Origin: a virus
DNA length: 43,102 bases
IMG/VR virus record: IMGVR_UViG_3300045988_138808
Direction: 5' to 3' (one strand)
Made by a program: the position numbers and the translations under genes. Positions 6,644 through 16,072 of the stretch are shown here, piece by piece; the stretch's first letter is position 1; each line of letters begins with the position of its first letter. The notes below the pieces were generated by a model that saw only the letters and a program-made list of their open reading frames with translations, did not search any database and was not told where the DNA came from.

Positions 6644-6958
6644 TTAATCGAGCTTATCTTTTATCTTGTCAATTACAATATCAGGATTTTGTTCGACTCT
6701 TTTCAAAATACTTTCAATTATCATATAAATCCTTACAGCAAACAAGCCGACAATCCCCGAAAAACCAACTTTGACGCTATACGGAATTTCGACATACTCA
6801 AGCAATAAGCCTGATAACATTGAAAACACAAACGATATTGAGGCATCTCTTATTAATTGCTTTACTGATACAAATGGTTTAATTATCACTGATACACCTC
6901 CGATAAAAAAGCCGACTATTGCATAATCCTTGATTGTTTCTCCAATATCCTTAAACAA
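6644..6958 (-). CDS. Putative holin (three TM segments)
   Basis: The protein is 104 aa, with hydrophobic segments YAIVGFFIGGVSVIIKPFV, ISFVFSMLSGLLLEY and VGFSGIVGLFAVRIYMII and a charged C-terminal tail. It uses a TTG start with a GGAGAG RBS and heads the lysis cluster. Confidence 0.55.
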   Translation of the reverse strand: MFKDIGETIKDYAIVGFFIGGVSVIIKPFVSVKQLIRDASISFVFSMLSGLLLEYVEIPYSVKVGFSGIVGLFAVRIYMIIESILKRVEQNPDIVIDKIKDKLD

Positions 6959-7044
6959 TTTTACTCTCCGGTTTTTTATTTTACCCCCTGTATAAAAGAT
7001 AAACTAACGAGGGCGGACTTGTCAACCAGATTAAACTTTTACAT

Positions 7045-7083
7045 AAAAAAGACAGGATACAGCTTAAAATCTGCCGTATCCTG
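7045..7083 (-). terminator. Rho-independent terminator after the fiber genes
   Basis: The minus strand reads CAGGATAC-(15 nt)-GTATCCTG, followed by TCTTTTTTATG. The plus-strand stems lie at 7053..7060 and 7076..7083. Confidence 0.6.
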
Positions 7084-7184
7084 ACCTTTGAGGGCTTAAA
7101 TTAAGACGTAGCCAGAGAGATGGCTCGTATTGTTTTGCGGGGGATTAAATCCGTTTTTAATTTTTGCCCTCATTGCTTTTCACC

Positions 7185-7781
7185 TTAGATAGAAACAACA
7201 CCGCTAACGGTTACGGTGGCATTTGCTGTCAGAGTGAGATTGTTTTCATCAACGTAGTTGACTTGAACATCAACGGCATCGCCTGTTGCATCTGCCACAG
7301 AAACGTGAACAAACTTATATCCAAGTCCATGATTTACAGTTTCCGGTGTGTCGGCTGTCAATGCCAAGTTGGTAATTGCAAAGCGGCTGTCTGCGTCATG
7401 ATAGCTGTGCAAAACTTTCCAATCGGTATTGGCAGCGGTGTTGTCTGCCGTGTCTGGATTGTCAACCATGGCCTGCAAGCGGTCGCCTTTGTGAACAGGA
7501 ATACCAAGCAAAGTGCCATCTGTTGAAATATACCACCAGTCGCCGCCGTCAATTGCACCTGCCGCACCGGAGCCTGCCGTTGGCAAACCAAGAGAGGGGT
7601 CTAACTCGCCGACAAATGAACCCAAGCCCAAAATCTCGGCATCAATATAGGCTCGCAAGGCGGTGTCTTGCGCGTCAAGCTGCCCCTTGGTTACGGCGTC
7701 TGTTGCGTTTGTACCGTTGGCTATGCCGGTGATAGTGCCGCCATTAAGGTTCATGTCATAATAAAAATTTTTCTCTGCCAT
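7185..7781 (-). CDS. Short tail fiber or receptor-binding protein
   Basis: The N-terminus NLNGGTITGIANGTNATDAVTKGQLD is the conserved fiber motif (xITGLxxPxxxxDAxxKxYVD type). The gene is distal in the tail module. Confidence 0.7.
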   Translation of the reverse strand: MAEKNFYYDMNLNGGTITGIANGTNATDAVTKGQLDAQDTALRAYIDAEILGLGSFVGELDPSLGLPTAGSGAAGAIDGGDWWYISTDGTLLGIPVHKGDRLQAMVDNPDTADNTAANTDWKVLHSYHDADSRFAITNLALTADTPETVNHGLGYKFVHVSVADATGDAVDVQVNYVDENNLTLTANATVTVSGVVSI

Positions 7782-7791
7782 TGTTTTTCTC

Positions 7792-8109
7792 CTATTTTAT
7801 AATTAAATATCCGGTTATCGGTTTTGATGTTTCAATCATAATAATTCGGGTGCTTTCTAGGTTTTTTACCTTGATGTCGCACTCAATTTTTTTGAAAACA
7901 TTGTCCGATAGTTTCTCAAAGACCTGCACGCTCGGATTGCTGATGTTGGTTTCAAACTCCAAATATCTGATGTTTGCAAACTCGTGTTTTAGCCCTATGA
8001 CGTGGTCAATCTCCAAAAGCAAAGGGGCGTTGTCTTTGTTCACAAAGATTGCATAGAACTTTCCGGCTGCAATCTTTTCATCATCAAAAGTTACAATTTG
8101 CTGTGTCAT
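7792..8109 (-). CDS. Hypothetical protein, possibly a fiber accessory protein or chaperone judging by position
   Basis: The ORF is 105 aa. Its start overlaps the stop of the large fiber gene. I recognised no motif. Confidence 0.45.
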   Translation of the reverse strand: MTQQIVTFDDEKIAAGKFYAIFVNKDNAPLLLEIDHVIGLKHEFANIRYLEFETNISNPSVQVFEKLSDNVFKKIECDIKVKNLESTRIIMIETSKPITGYLIIK

Positions 8110-11100
8110 TATGCGTTGTCCTCAAGTTTGAATTTCCCGTCATCTACGTTATAGACAAGGATTTTGTTTGTTACTTCCTCTCCGTCCGCTTTGACAAACT
8201 TTATCTCATTGGTTTTTGAAAAGGCATCATCTAACGCCAATTTTATAACTTCCGACAATTCCTCAAATTCATAATCAAAACGAATAAGGGGGTTTGCAAC
8301 GGTTGAAGTCTGCAAATAAAAGCCGTCATCTTTGTTTGATTTTCCATAAAATCGGTAGGTTTCATTTGCCTTTACGCTAAATGTAAACTTCGGGCTTGTG
8401 ATATTCTTTGGTGTTGTCCGTTGTGCCTCAATCGTGGTCGCATAGTGCGAGCCTGCCACTTCTGAGCTGTCCGACACTTTTTCAAGCCAAAACTCAACAT
8501 TGTTTATTGTTCCTTGCTCGTTATAGCATTGCGCCTGATAGCTCATTGTTACAACGCCGTCGGCCAAGAACTTAATATCGCCTTGCGTTTTGTTTGGGTC
8601 GGTGCTTCCGGCGTCTGTCCAAGCGTTATTATTGACAATTTTGTTATCACCGCCGCTAAACACCCCAACCGGAAGTTTTGTTTTTGCGCTGTTTACGGTG
8701 TAGCGATAGCTTGCATATCCGGCAGGCACGGCAACAATACTCCGATAAACATAATCAAGGTTGCGCAAATACTGCTCGCTAATATGCGAATTGTCGGTTA
8801 TCATCACTCGGTTAAACCAAGGTGTTATATCCGCCTCAAAGTCTTTTAATTTTAAGGTTGTCGGGCTTTGCGAATTGTTGGGGTATAAGCTAATTGCAAG
8901 CCCTTTTGCATTTGTTGGCAAAGTGAAAGTTTTAGATTGCTTATGCTCGCCTGATACGACATCTTCGGAAATAAACATCGTGTCAATCACGCTCCAACCT
9001 GCCGCAAATACCGGCACTGTGTTATTATATGACAACAATTTAGGTTGCGGGGTGGGTTGCGTTCCGGTATATTCAAGCAAGGAAACATCAAAGGCGTTGT
9101 CCTTGTCGGTTAAAGTTACGGTTACAAGCGCATTTTTGCCGCCTATGTTTTGGCAATCGTACTCACTGTAAACCTTGTAAATATTCCAAACCGGCAATTC
9201 TAGACCTGTATTTTCAATAATAAGATTATAGCCGGATACTTGCACCTCTGAATTTGTGGCAAAATTTATAAAGGTATTATCGCCAAGCGGCATTTCTCCG
9301 CTTACGGTTTCTTGTGGTTGGTCAAAGACTAAAAACCTCGCCAAGTTTAAGGAATTAAAACCATAATAAAGCGTGTCAAACCCGATTTTGTAGCCTGTAA
9401 ACGCCATAAAGGAAAGCAGTGCAAGTCCCGAACTTTCATCTTTGGTTATGGATTGCAGGCAAATTTGAGTATTTGCGCCAACGGGGATAACTTCTTCATT
9501 TGCAAAAACCGGCTCAATTTTGAGGTGAACTCTTGTAAAGGCTTTTGCTTGAAACTCGCCGACATAAAATTCCGGCTTGATTGTGTCGCCTGCTTTGTAG
9601 TCAATTTGAACCGCTATCGGGTTGCCGTCATTGCCGGTTATCGGCGTGTCGGTATCGTCCACCAATTCAAGCCTTATTGCGCCGTCTTGCGTTACGGTGT
9701 TTTGAGTTGTTGTAGTCGGCTCATAATAAAGCCCGCAAATAAAGGTCGTGCCGCCGCTTATGTTTGGGTCGTCCTGTGGGTCTGTATCTTGCACAACAAA
9801 GGATTTATTTTGCATATTGGCGTGAACGAACGCACCGCCCTTTACCCGAATATCGCCAAAGTAAAGTTTAGAACGTCCGAATTTTGAGTTTATAAGCTGG
9901 TCGCTGCCTAATACGGCGTGAATACCCTCGTTATGGTCTGTAAGCCCTTTTGATAAGTCCGCAACGCCTGAAAGGTTAGATATTCGCAAAGACTTGTCCA
10001 AAGATTGGATTTTGTTTGCTGTGAAGTCCCGCCCCTCAAAATCGGTAAAGGTTACAGCTCCGCCACTGTCCGGCGTTACTTCAACTGTTCCATTTTTATC
10101 TTCAATGGTCGCTTTATTAAATTTAAGCATATTCTGCCCGATGACAACATTGTCTTTATCATCACTCACGCCAAGGCTAAAATCGTGCGTTATCTCGTGC
10201 GGGAAGTATTCGTAATTTCCATTGTTCGCAATAGGCAATAAATAGCCCACATATCCGGTATTTTTAATTATGAGTGGTTGTGCCGCTCCGTTGATATGGT
10301 CGCCGCTTGCAGGGGTTAAAATAAGCGTGGGATTAGTTATTCCGGTTGCTGGCAATACCTTAATCATCAGAGTTTTGTTTTGGCTGATAGGCGGTAAAGC
10401 CTGCGTGATTGTTTCATTATCTGTATTGAACTGATAAGCAAGCACAAGCGTTGTTGCGGTAAATGGTGCTTGTGTTAAGTCAACCGCTCCGACTTCTTCA
10501 AAATAGTTTGCCTCAAACAAAGCCCGTACTTCGTCGGGGGTCAAACCGCCACCAGTGCGCCCAGCCATATCTTTATAAGCATTTGTTAGCTTTATTTTCT
10601 CGGATAAATTAGAGGCTAAAACATTGTTAAGGCTTGTTTCTGCTTTATTGCCTAAATCTCTTGCAGTATCAACCAAAGTCGTATGAGATGGCGTCTTTTC
10701 AAAAGCCGTTTCTAAGTCCATTGTGTCAACGTCCGACAAGTCTTTGCTTGCCTTTGTGCTGATTGCGGCCGCTTGTCTTTGCAACTCTTTTCCGCTGTCT
10801 GTGTCTTGGAACTTCTCATCCAACTTGTCAAGGTCAACGTCTGCAAGGTCAGCTGTCAAGCAATTCTTGACAGCTGAGCTATCCAATCTGGCATCGGCTT
10901 TGAGGGTTTGGAGCTTATCTCGGATTTTCTCCGGGGTATCATCTTCGCTCACACCCATGGCAGATAATTTTGCCTTAAATGCTACGTCATCAACGTTTGA
11001 CATATCTCTGTTGAGCTTTTTGGGGAGTTCTGCCACAAGGGAATTATATGCCGGCAGGTTGTTCGGGGTTGCTTGCGGATTGTACGCTTCGTTTTTAATA

Positions 11101-11462
11101 ACCTCATAATCCATAGCGAGCGCGTATGATGTGTTTGTATCCACAATCTTCAAAAACAGCTTGTGCGTGCCGAATACGGTCGTCATCATCTCGTTAAATT
11201 TGATAATAAGCGAACCATCGCTTTCAATGGTTATCGGGAAGTCCTGATCTGTTTTATCCGTGTGGTAGGTTTGGGCTGTTCCGCCGTTGTAAAGAACGGA
11301 CAACTCAATATCCGCGCTTGTGTCAATTTGGATATTTTTGCCGTCTTGCTGGATTACGGCTTTTATGGCGGTATCCTCAGAGCCTTGCACCAAAGTCTGA
11401 AAAAGTTTGTTGTTTAGGGATTGTGTTTGCAAAAGAGCGTCAAATTGCCGAATTGGTATCAT
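8109..11462 (-). CDS. Large tail fiber or receptor-binding protein (1117 aa)
   Basis: I prefer the ATG at 11460..11462 (MIPIRQFDALLQ...), which follows an AGGGGG RBS. The 53-codon track extension covers regulatory hairpins. The N-terminus resembles a BppU-like Ig domain and is followed by a repetitive, Asp/Lys-rich coiled segment and a large beta-rich C-terminal region. Confidence 0.7.
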   Translation of the reverse strand: MIPIRQFDALLQTQSLNNKLFQTLVQGSEDTAIKAVIQQDGKNIQIDTSADIELSVLYNGGTAQTYHTDKTDQDFPITIESDGSLIIKFNEMMTTVFGTHKLFLKIVDTNTSYALAMDYEVIKNEAYNPQATPNNLPAYNSLVAELPKKLNRDMSNVDDVAFKAKLSAMGVSEDDTPEKIRDKLQTLKADARLDSSAVKNCLTADLADVDLDKLDEKFQDTDSGKELQRQAAAISTKASKDLSDVDTMDLETAFEKTPSHTTLVDTARDLGNKAETSLNNVLASNLSEKIKLTNAYKDMAGRTGGGLTPDEVRALFEANYFEEVGAVDLTQAPFTATTLVLAYQFNTDNETITQALPPISQNKTLMIKVLPATGITNPTLILTPASGDHINGAAQPLIIKNTGYVGYLLPIANNGNYEYFPHEITHDFSLGVSDDKDNVVIGQNMLKFNKATIEDKNGTVEVTPDSGGAVTFTDFEGRDFTANKIQSLDKSLRISNLSGVADLSKGLTDHNEGIHAVLGSDQLINSKFGRSKLYFGDIRVKGGAFVHANMQNKSFVVQDTDPQDDPNISGGTTFICGLYYEPTTTTQNTVTQDGAIRLELVDDTDTPITGNDGNPIAVQIDYKAGDTIKPEFYVGEFQAKAFTRVHLKIEPVFANEEVIPVGANTQICLQSITKDESSGLALLSFMAFTGYKIGFDTLYYGFNSLNLARFLVFDQPQETVSGEMPLGDNTFINFATNSEVQVSGYNLIIENTGLELPVWNIYKVYSEYDCQNIGGKNALVTVTLTDKDNAFDVSLLEYTGTQPTPQPKLLSYNNTVPVFAAGWSVIDTMFISEDVVSGEHKQSKTFTLPTNAKGLAISLYPNNSQSPTTLKLKDFEADITPWFNRVMITDNSHISEQYLRNLDYVYRSIVAVPAGYASYRYTVNSAKTKLPVGVFSGGDNKIVNNNAWTDAGSTDPNKTQGDIKFLADGVVTMSYQAQCYNEQGTINNVEFWLEKVSDSSEVAGSHYATTIEAQRTTPKNITSPKFTFSVKANETYRFYGKSNKDDGFYLQTSTVANPLIRFDYEFEELSEVIKLALDDAFSKTNEIKFVKADGEEVTNKILVYNVDDGKFKLEDNA

Positions 11463-11557
11463 GATAAAGCCCCCTAAAAAATTTTTACAATAAAATTGTA
11501 GCAGGTTTTTATTGTATCGTCTTAGCAAATAATTGGCAGATTTTAGGCAGTTAAATC

Positions 11558-11574
11558 GGTGACAAAATGTCACC
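11558..11574. promoter_or_regulatory. Perfect palindrome GGTGACA-AAA-TGTCACC, a candidate operator upstream of the large fiber gene
   Basis: The 7-bp arms and 3-bp spacer are read directly. The palindrome lies between the 11750..11782 terminator and the 11462 start. A TAAAAT -10-like hexamer lies just downstream on the minus strand. Confidence 0.35.
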
Positions 11575-11749
11575 AACTCATCGAAATTTTCAAGTTGTTC
11601 GAAAAACCGAACTGTTTCCAAAATGGAAACTGTTACATCTACAATTTGCGTATCAAAAACGGCGGAAAACTTTACGCAAACGAATTTGTGTATCGTGCAT
11701 TATCTACAAAATCGGGAAACAACATTTACAAAAGCACATCATTGTCAAC

Positions 11750-11782
11750 AAAAAAACCGCCCATAAAGGAGAAAATGGGCGG
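11750..11782 (-). terminator. Strong Rho-independent terminator
   Basis: The minus strand reads CCGCCCAT-TTTCTCCTTT-ATGGGCGG, followed by T7. TTGACA follows immediately (plus-strand tgtcaa at 11743..11748). Confidence 0.7.
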
Positions 11783-11829
11783 CGGAGTTAGGAGCTTAAG
11801 ACGAATATAAACGAATTAACATAATTATA

Positions 11830-12099
11830 TTACTCTTTATTTGCGTAAAAGTCAAGATTTGATTTGCGGAACATCTGGAGCGATGCTTTTAGTCTTCTTC
11901 CATAAGTCCAATATCCCATGTGGATGCTGAACTTCTCGGCTAGATAATCCAACGCTTCGTATCCCTCTTTGCGGTTCACAAGGGCAATTAAGATTTCCCT
12001 GTACGGTGTCGGAATTTTGTAGTCGTCTATCTTTTGCAGCGCGGTCATTGGAGCTAAGTTTTTGATGTAAATTTTTATCGCCCTGTTTTCTGGATTCAT
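11830..12099 (-). CDS. Hypothetical protein
   Basis: The ORF is 89 aa and is followed by the strong terminator. YREILIALVNRKEGYEALDYLAEKFSI could be a small HTH, but I am not confident. Confidence 0.45.
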   Translation of the reverse strand: MNPENRAIKIYIKNLAPMTALQKIDDYKIPTPYREILIALVNRKEGYEALDYLAEKFSIHMGYWTYGRRLKASLQMFRKSNLDFYANKE

Positions 12100-12232
12100 C
12101 TCTCTTGATCCTGATTGTTGTGTTGCGGTTGACTTTTAGCTGAATATTATGCTTGCCGTTTCCACCGACATTTATTTCTTTTTTAGAAAGCAACGGTGCG
12201 TTTGTTTTTATGGTGGAGCGGTTCGCCATTTA

Positions 12233-12436
12233 TTATTTTCCTTTTACAGAACTAATGTTGTTATCTGAGTTCGAGAAATACGAGTCGCTATCAATTAAAA
12301 CAGGTATCTCTTTCAATGACAAATAAATATTGCCGGCAACCGACAAAGCCAATAATCCGGCAAGAACCCAAGTGGCAATAACCCATGGCTTGGCGACTAC
12401 TTTGGATAATGCGATAAGTTTTTCTAAATCGTTCAT
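12233..12436 (-). CDS. Small single-pass membrane protein
   Basis: The ORF is 67 aa. The hydrophobic core is PWVIATWVLAGLLALSVAGNIYL. Confidence 0.45.
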   Translation of the reverse strand: MNDLEKLIALSKVVAKPWVIATWVLAGLLALSVAGNIYLSLKEIPVLIDSDSYFSNSDNNISSVKGK

Positions 12437-12599
12437 TGTTTATATCCCCCCATTACAAATTATTATTACCAAGTTGTTTTATCAAGTTCTTCTTTAGTTT
12501 GGGCTTTTTCAATCTCTGCCTTAAGAGCCGTTGCTTTTTGGTGGCATGTGTTGGAGTGCATGTCCAAACGATAGAGCTTTCTTATCCTTGCAAGCCATT

Positions 12600-13136
12600 T
12601 TAATCACCACCTTTCAAAATAGATTTAATTTCATTAACTCGAGCAGCAAGCTCATTCATTCTCTCAATCTGCTCAGCATACTCCTCTTTACTTGCTCGAC
12701 CAGTGGCAATTTTAACGCCGATGTAATCAAGGCTTCTCAATTCGTTTTCGCAGCTTGCCAACTCAGTCTCTAGGTTTTGTCTTGCTTTGTTATTGTCGTA
12801 TTCAGCCTTTTCTTCCTCGCTCATAGCGTCATAGTGGATTTTCTCAATCTCGGAAGACTTGCGGACTGTATAGCGACCTTGGAAACAGTCAATAGAGTAT
12901 TCGCCACTTTCATTGCATTGCTTAGCAACCTCAAAATAGATAGCTTCATATTCTTTTTCAGAGTAGTTATCGTCACCGTGCAGATAGGACTCAATATCAA
13001 TATCAAACTCTCTGAAATCAATATTGAGCGAGCAAATCATCTGCCCGTTTTCATCAAGCGAAAAGTCGGCAAGCTCGGTATGCTTTGGATATTCCGGGGT
13101 GATAACCTCATTTTCTTCAAAATTTTCTTCTGTCAT
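12600..13136 (-). CDS. Acidic protein, a possible tail-fiber assembly or chaperone protein judging by position
   Basis: It lies immediately downstream of the fiber gene 13156..14196. The C-terminal segment LDYIGVKIATGRASKEEYAEQI loosely recalls fiber-assembly proteins. Confidence 0.35.
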   Translation of the reverse strand: MTEENFEENEVITPEYPKHTELADFSLDENGQMICSLNIDFREFDIDIESYLHGDDNYSEKEYEAIYFEVAKQCNESGEYSIDCFQGRYTVRKSSEIEKIHYDAMSEEEKAEYDNNKARQNLETELASCENELRSLDYIGVKIATGRASKEEYAEQIERMNELAARVNEIKSILKGGD

Positions 13137-13155
13137 AATTTAATCTCCATATTTA

Positions 13156-14196
13156 TTACAAGAACGGAAAGAAATACAACTGTACATTTTTATTCAATTC
13201 GATGACCTTATATGATTGACCTTTGTTCATAGGCAAATAGCATTGTGACATGTGGTTGTTATCTTCTCCACTATTTCCAGGACTAAAGTAGAAGGTCTTA
13301 TTGCCTATAGAAATTTTTAGTGTTTCTGATGAATTGTTATTAATCGGCGTACCAATCAACACGCCTTTACTTGGTGTTGTATAAGTTCCGGTCGCTGTAA
13401 TAGCTACGCCTGCGGCATAATTCGGTATTCCGGCCGTACTTGTACGCACCCAAGACGTTGTGGCAATATTAGTATTATCGCTGGAACTAGGAGGAGTAGG
13501 CACACTCGTAAAAAGATTATCATTTTTAGTAAAACCCAAATCGATAGATTTCCAATCGGTATTGGCATGGTTTCTGACCGCCATTATCATAACCGTATCC
13601 CCGTTAGTTCGATTTTGGTGTTCTACAATTCCCTGCACTATACCATTCTTGTCAATAAAGTGAATTTCAGTCATACCAGAAACCGAACCGTCTGTAACCG
13701 ATAAATCAACGGCTTTGTTCTGAATGTCAATAGCCGCACCGGATTTGATGATGCTAATTCCCGAGCCATTAAAAGTCTTTCGGCCGTTAATTGTTTCATT
13801 TCCGGTTTTGTGAACAATATCGGCATCAATAGCAAATGGAATTTTCCAATCATCTGTGCTTGATGTTGGTTCTTTGCCTTTGTTATCTCTTTTGGCTTGA
13901 TAGAGCTTTCCGTCTTGGCCCAAGCAAAAACCGCCCTCTTTGTAGCTGGTGGTATTGTTCCAGCGCATGATGCCATATTGCTCGGATTCTTTGATAAGGG
14001 TGTCTTGCAAAAATGCGTGCTGGTTAAAGTCCGAGCTATCCACAATTGTTTTGAATGGCCATGCTTTGTCAATGGCTGTGGAGTTCAGCGTTGTATCTCG
14101 ATATGTTACTCCGGCAACCGGCGGTGTGGGAATGGTGGTCTGTGCAGTTGATGCCCAAATCCCTGGAAGCGTTGTATTTCTGTTTTGTATCGCCAT
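13156..14196 (-). CDS. Tail fiber protein
   Basis: VHKTGNETINGRKTF is a recurrent phage-fiber motif. The gene follows the baseplate genes. Confidence 0.7.
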   Translation of the reverse strand: MAIQNRNTTLPGIWASTAQTTIPTPPVAGVTYRDTTLNSTAIDKAWPFKTIVDSSDFNQHAFLQDTLIKESEQYGIMRWNNTTSYKEGGFCLGQDGKLYQAKRDNKGKEPTSSTDDWKIPFAIDADIVHKTGNETINGRKTFNGSGISIIKSGAAIDIQNKAVDLSVTDGSVSGMTEIHFIDKNGIVQGIVEHQNRTNGDTVMIMAVRNHANTDWKSIDLGFTKNDNLFTSVPTPPSSSDNTNIATTSWVRTSTAGIPNYAAGVAITATGTYTTPSKGVLIGTPINNNSSETLKISIGNKTFYFSPGNSGEDNNHMSQCYLPMNKGQSYKVIELNKNVQLYFFPFL

Positions 14197-14199
14197 TTT

Positions 14200-14847
14200 T
14201 TAGCCCTTTCTTTCAATAACATTTCTTATGTTCATAGTTGCAGGATACGGAATATTTGCCGTTTGGTCAACTTGGTTGTTGTCGGCAAAATATGTGAGGT
14301 AGTTTCGGTCTGTTTTGCTTATGGATTCCGGAACAATCAAATCTACATCGCATTTGTCCGCATCGGAGAAAGATACATAAATTTCCATAATCTCAAATAT
14401 GATTCTTTGCAGTTCTTCCCTTGACGCAAATTTGGTGTGGTTTTTAAGAGCCTTGCCCCATAAATAACGGCGGTACATATCATCGCTCATATTTTCAAAA
14501 ACAGCTTGCTCGGCGTTCTTTACCCAAGCAGAGCCTTTATCGGGTGCAGAGCCGTCAATATCGGGAGCAAACCAGAAAGATGTATCATAGTTTAAAAATG
14601 TTCTGTTTTGCCCCAAAATCTCGCCAATGAGGTCTAAGTCTTGCCCCTCTCCATAAAAGATAAAACTTCTTTTCTGTAAGTCAATTATGGCATCATATAG
14701 CTCTTGGATTTCTTCCATATAGGCTTTGATAATTTTGAGGAATATCGGCTTTTGCGAATATTGGTATAAAACCCTTTTTTTTGCCTGCTCATAAAGGCTT
14801 TTATCCTCATATTGAGAAAAATCAAGCTCCAAATTTTGAACTGTCAT
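14200..14847 (-). CDS. Baseplate-associated protein (DUF2612-like, from recollection)
   Basis: It sits directly after the baseplate J-like gene. The N-terminal pattern resembles DUF2612 members found at this position. Confidence 0.45.
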   Translation of the reverse strand: MTVQNLELDFSQYEDKSLYEQAKKRVLYQYSQKPIFLKIIKAYMEEIQELYDAIIDLQKRSFIFYGEGQDLDLIGEILGQNRTFLNYDTSFWFAPDIDGSAPDKGSAWVKNAEQAVFENMSDDMYRRYLWGKALKNHTKFASREELQRIIFEIMEIYVSFSDADKCDVDLIVPESISKTDRNYLTYFADNNQVDQTANIPYPATMNIRNVIERKG

Positions 14848-14858
14848 CTTTTTTCTCC

Positions 14859-16070
14859 CTACGCAACAACAACGCTGATATTTGCTTCCTTAAACTTGGC
14901 AACTTGGTTCCATGCAATTGTTATATCGTTTTCGCTTGTTGTTTGCCCATGCTTGCCAATCTTTAGGCTGTTGACCTTAAAGCCGGGGACTTCATTGATC
15001 GGAGTATATAACCTTGTGCGAACAACGTCCACACCGGGAGCAAAGCCCTCTGTGGCTTGCAAATTATACTCGGAATAAGTGATTATGTTTTGTTTTATCT
15101 GGTCAATGGCATCTTGTGTTGAGGCAGGAAACAAAGAGGAATCTGTAACTGTGATATTGACTTCAACATCAATTTCAACTTCTTCCGGTCGGCTGAATTT
15201 TATTTTATTCACTTGGCCTTGGTTGTCTGTTACATCTACCTCGGTTGTGCCAAAAAAGCTGTTGATATTTGCAGATTTTTTTGCAATGGCTTGAGCAATG
15301 TCTTCGTTGGTGCCGCCAACAACAACCACCGCCACGCTTTTGGCTTCAATTCCTCGGCTATCAGTGGTCATGCCGGTGTTTTGATATACACGAGCAAATT
15401 CCACACCGGAAACATTAAGCAAGCCGGAATAAATCGCGTCAATCTGGCGATATGCGGTGTTTGAGGTGGCTCTTTGTTGCTCAAGATGAAGTTCCTCATC
15501 TGTTTGAGGTTCTGCTCCCACAACCACAACACCGGTGTTTGTGACGTTTGTCCAGCCGTATGTTGGTGTTTTAATCACAATGACCGTGTTGTTTTTTGGA
15601 TTGATTGGTCCTTTGGTTTGTGCGGTTGCGGTGCCGGTTGCCGTGCCATCGGCTCCGATTGTTACCGACTTATCCACAGAATAAAGCACAGAGTTTTCCA
15701 CATCTGTTATCAATGAGCCGGCCGGAATGGTTGCATCTTTCAAGCCGGTGAATTTGACGTTGATTTGTGTTTGGCTGCCAAACTTGGCCAACAAGCCGTT
15801 GAGCTGGATTAACCCTCTCAAAATGGCTCCCTTGGCATTTCTGGGTCTGCGTACGTTTGAGGCTTGGAACGCTTGCTCCCAGCTCTCGGCGATTGCTTCC
15901 GACACAATAAAGCTGAACTGCATAAACAAGCTATCGTCACTCTCGTTTTGAAAAACCTTTTCGCCGGTTTTATCATCGGTGATTTCGGTTATTCTGGCTT
16001 TGATGCTCTCATATACATCTGCAATTCTTTTTGGCTTAAAGCCGGTGTCTGTCATTCCAAATTGTGCCAT
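14859..16070 (-). CDS. Baseplate J-like protein
   Basis: I prefer the ATG at 16068..16070 (MAQFGMTDTGFKPKRIADVYESIKARI...). Size, the N-terminal pattern and its position after the W-like gene fit gpJ/gp47. Confidence 0.72.
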   Translation of the reverse strand: MAQFGMTDTGFKPKRIADVYESIKARITEITDDKTGEKVFQNESDDSLFMQFSFIVSEAIAESWEQAFQASNVRRPRNAKGAILRGLIQLNGLLAKFGSQTQINVKFTGLKDATIPAGSLITDVENSVLYSVDKSVTIGADGTATGTATAQTKGPINPKNNTVIVIKTPTYGWTNVTNTGVVVVGAEPQTDEELHLEQQRATSNTAYRQIDAIYSGLLNVSGVEFARVYQNTGMTTDSRGIEAKSVAVVVVGGTNEDIAQAIAKKSANINSFFGTTEVDVTDNQGQVNKIKFSRPEEVEIDVEVNITVTDSSLFPASTQDAIDQIKQNIITYSEYNLQATEGFAPGVDVVRTRLYTPINEVPGFKVNSLKIGKHGQTTSENDITIAWNQVAKFKEANISVVVA

Positions 16071-16072
16071 TT

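Noticed and set aside
7084-7184. A possible tRNA gene (7-bp GAGGGC/GCCCTC closing stem, ~85 nt).
   Set aside because: There is no GTTCRANYC T-loop. The candidate anticodon loop has 6 nt. There are no D-arm signatures on either strand.
11463-11621. N-terminal extensions given in the ORF track: 8109..11621, 640..1167, 29868..30311, 30296..30808, 40384..40869, 38522..39064, 14859..16136, 22837..23460, 25135..25599, 41679..42239 and 42261..42851.
   Set aside because: In each case an internal ATG is preceded by a good Shine-Dalgarno sequence and gives tidy gene packing. The extensions overlap upstream genes or regulatory hairpins in a different frame.
11852-12229. A 125-aa ORF overlapping 11830..12099 in another frame. 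Its first ~43 codons (12100..12229) cover otherwise unassigned DNA, raising the idea of a frameshifted fusion.
   Set aside because: I found no slippery site at the frame junction. The composition is basic and Arg/Lys/Asn-rich, typical of off-frame translation. A short independent peptide or a 5' leader cannot be excluded.
12437-12599. A possible ~31-codon ORF (MHSNTCHQKATALKAEIEKAQTKEELDKTTW) in the gap between 12436 and 12600.
   Set aside because: It has a weak RBS, is very short and has no supporting motif. I did not list it as a feature.
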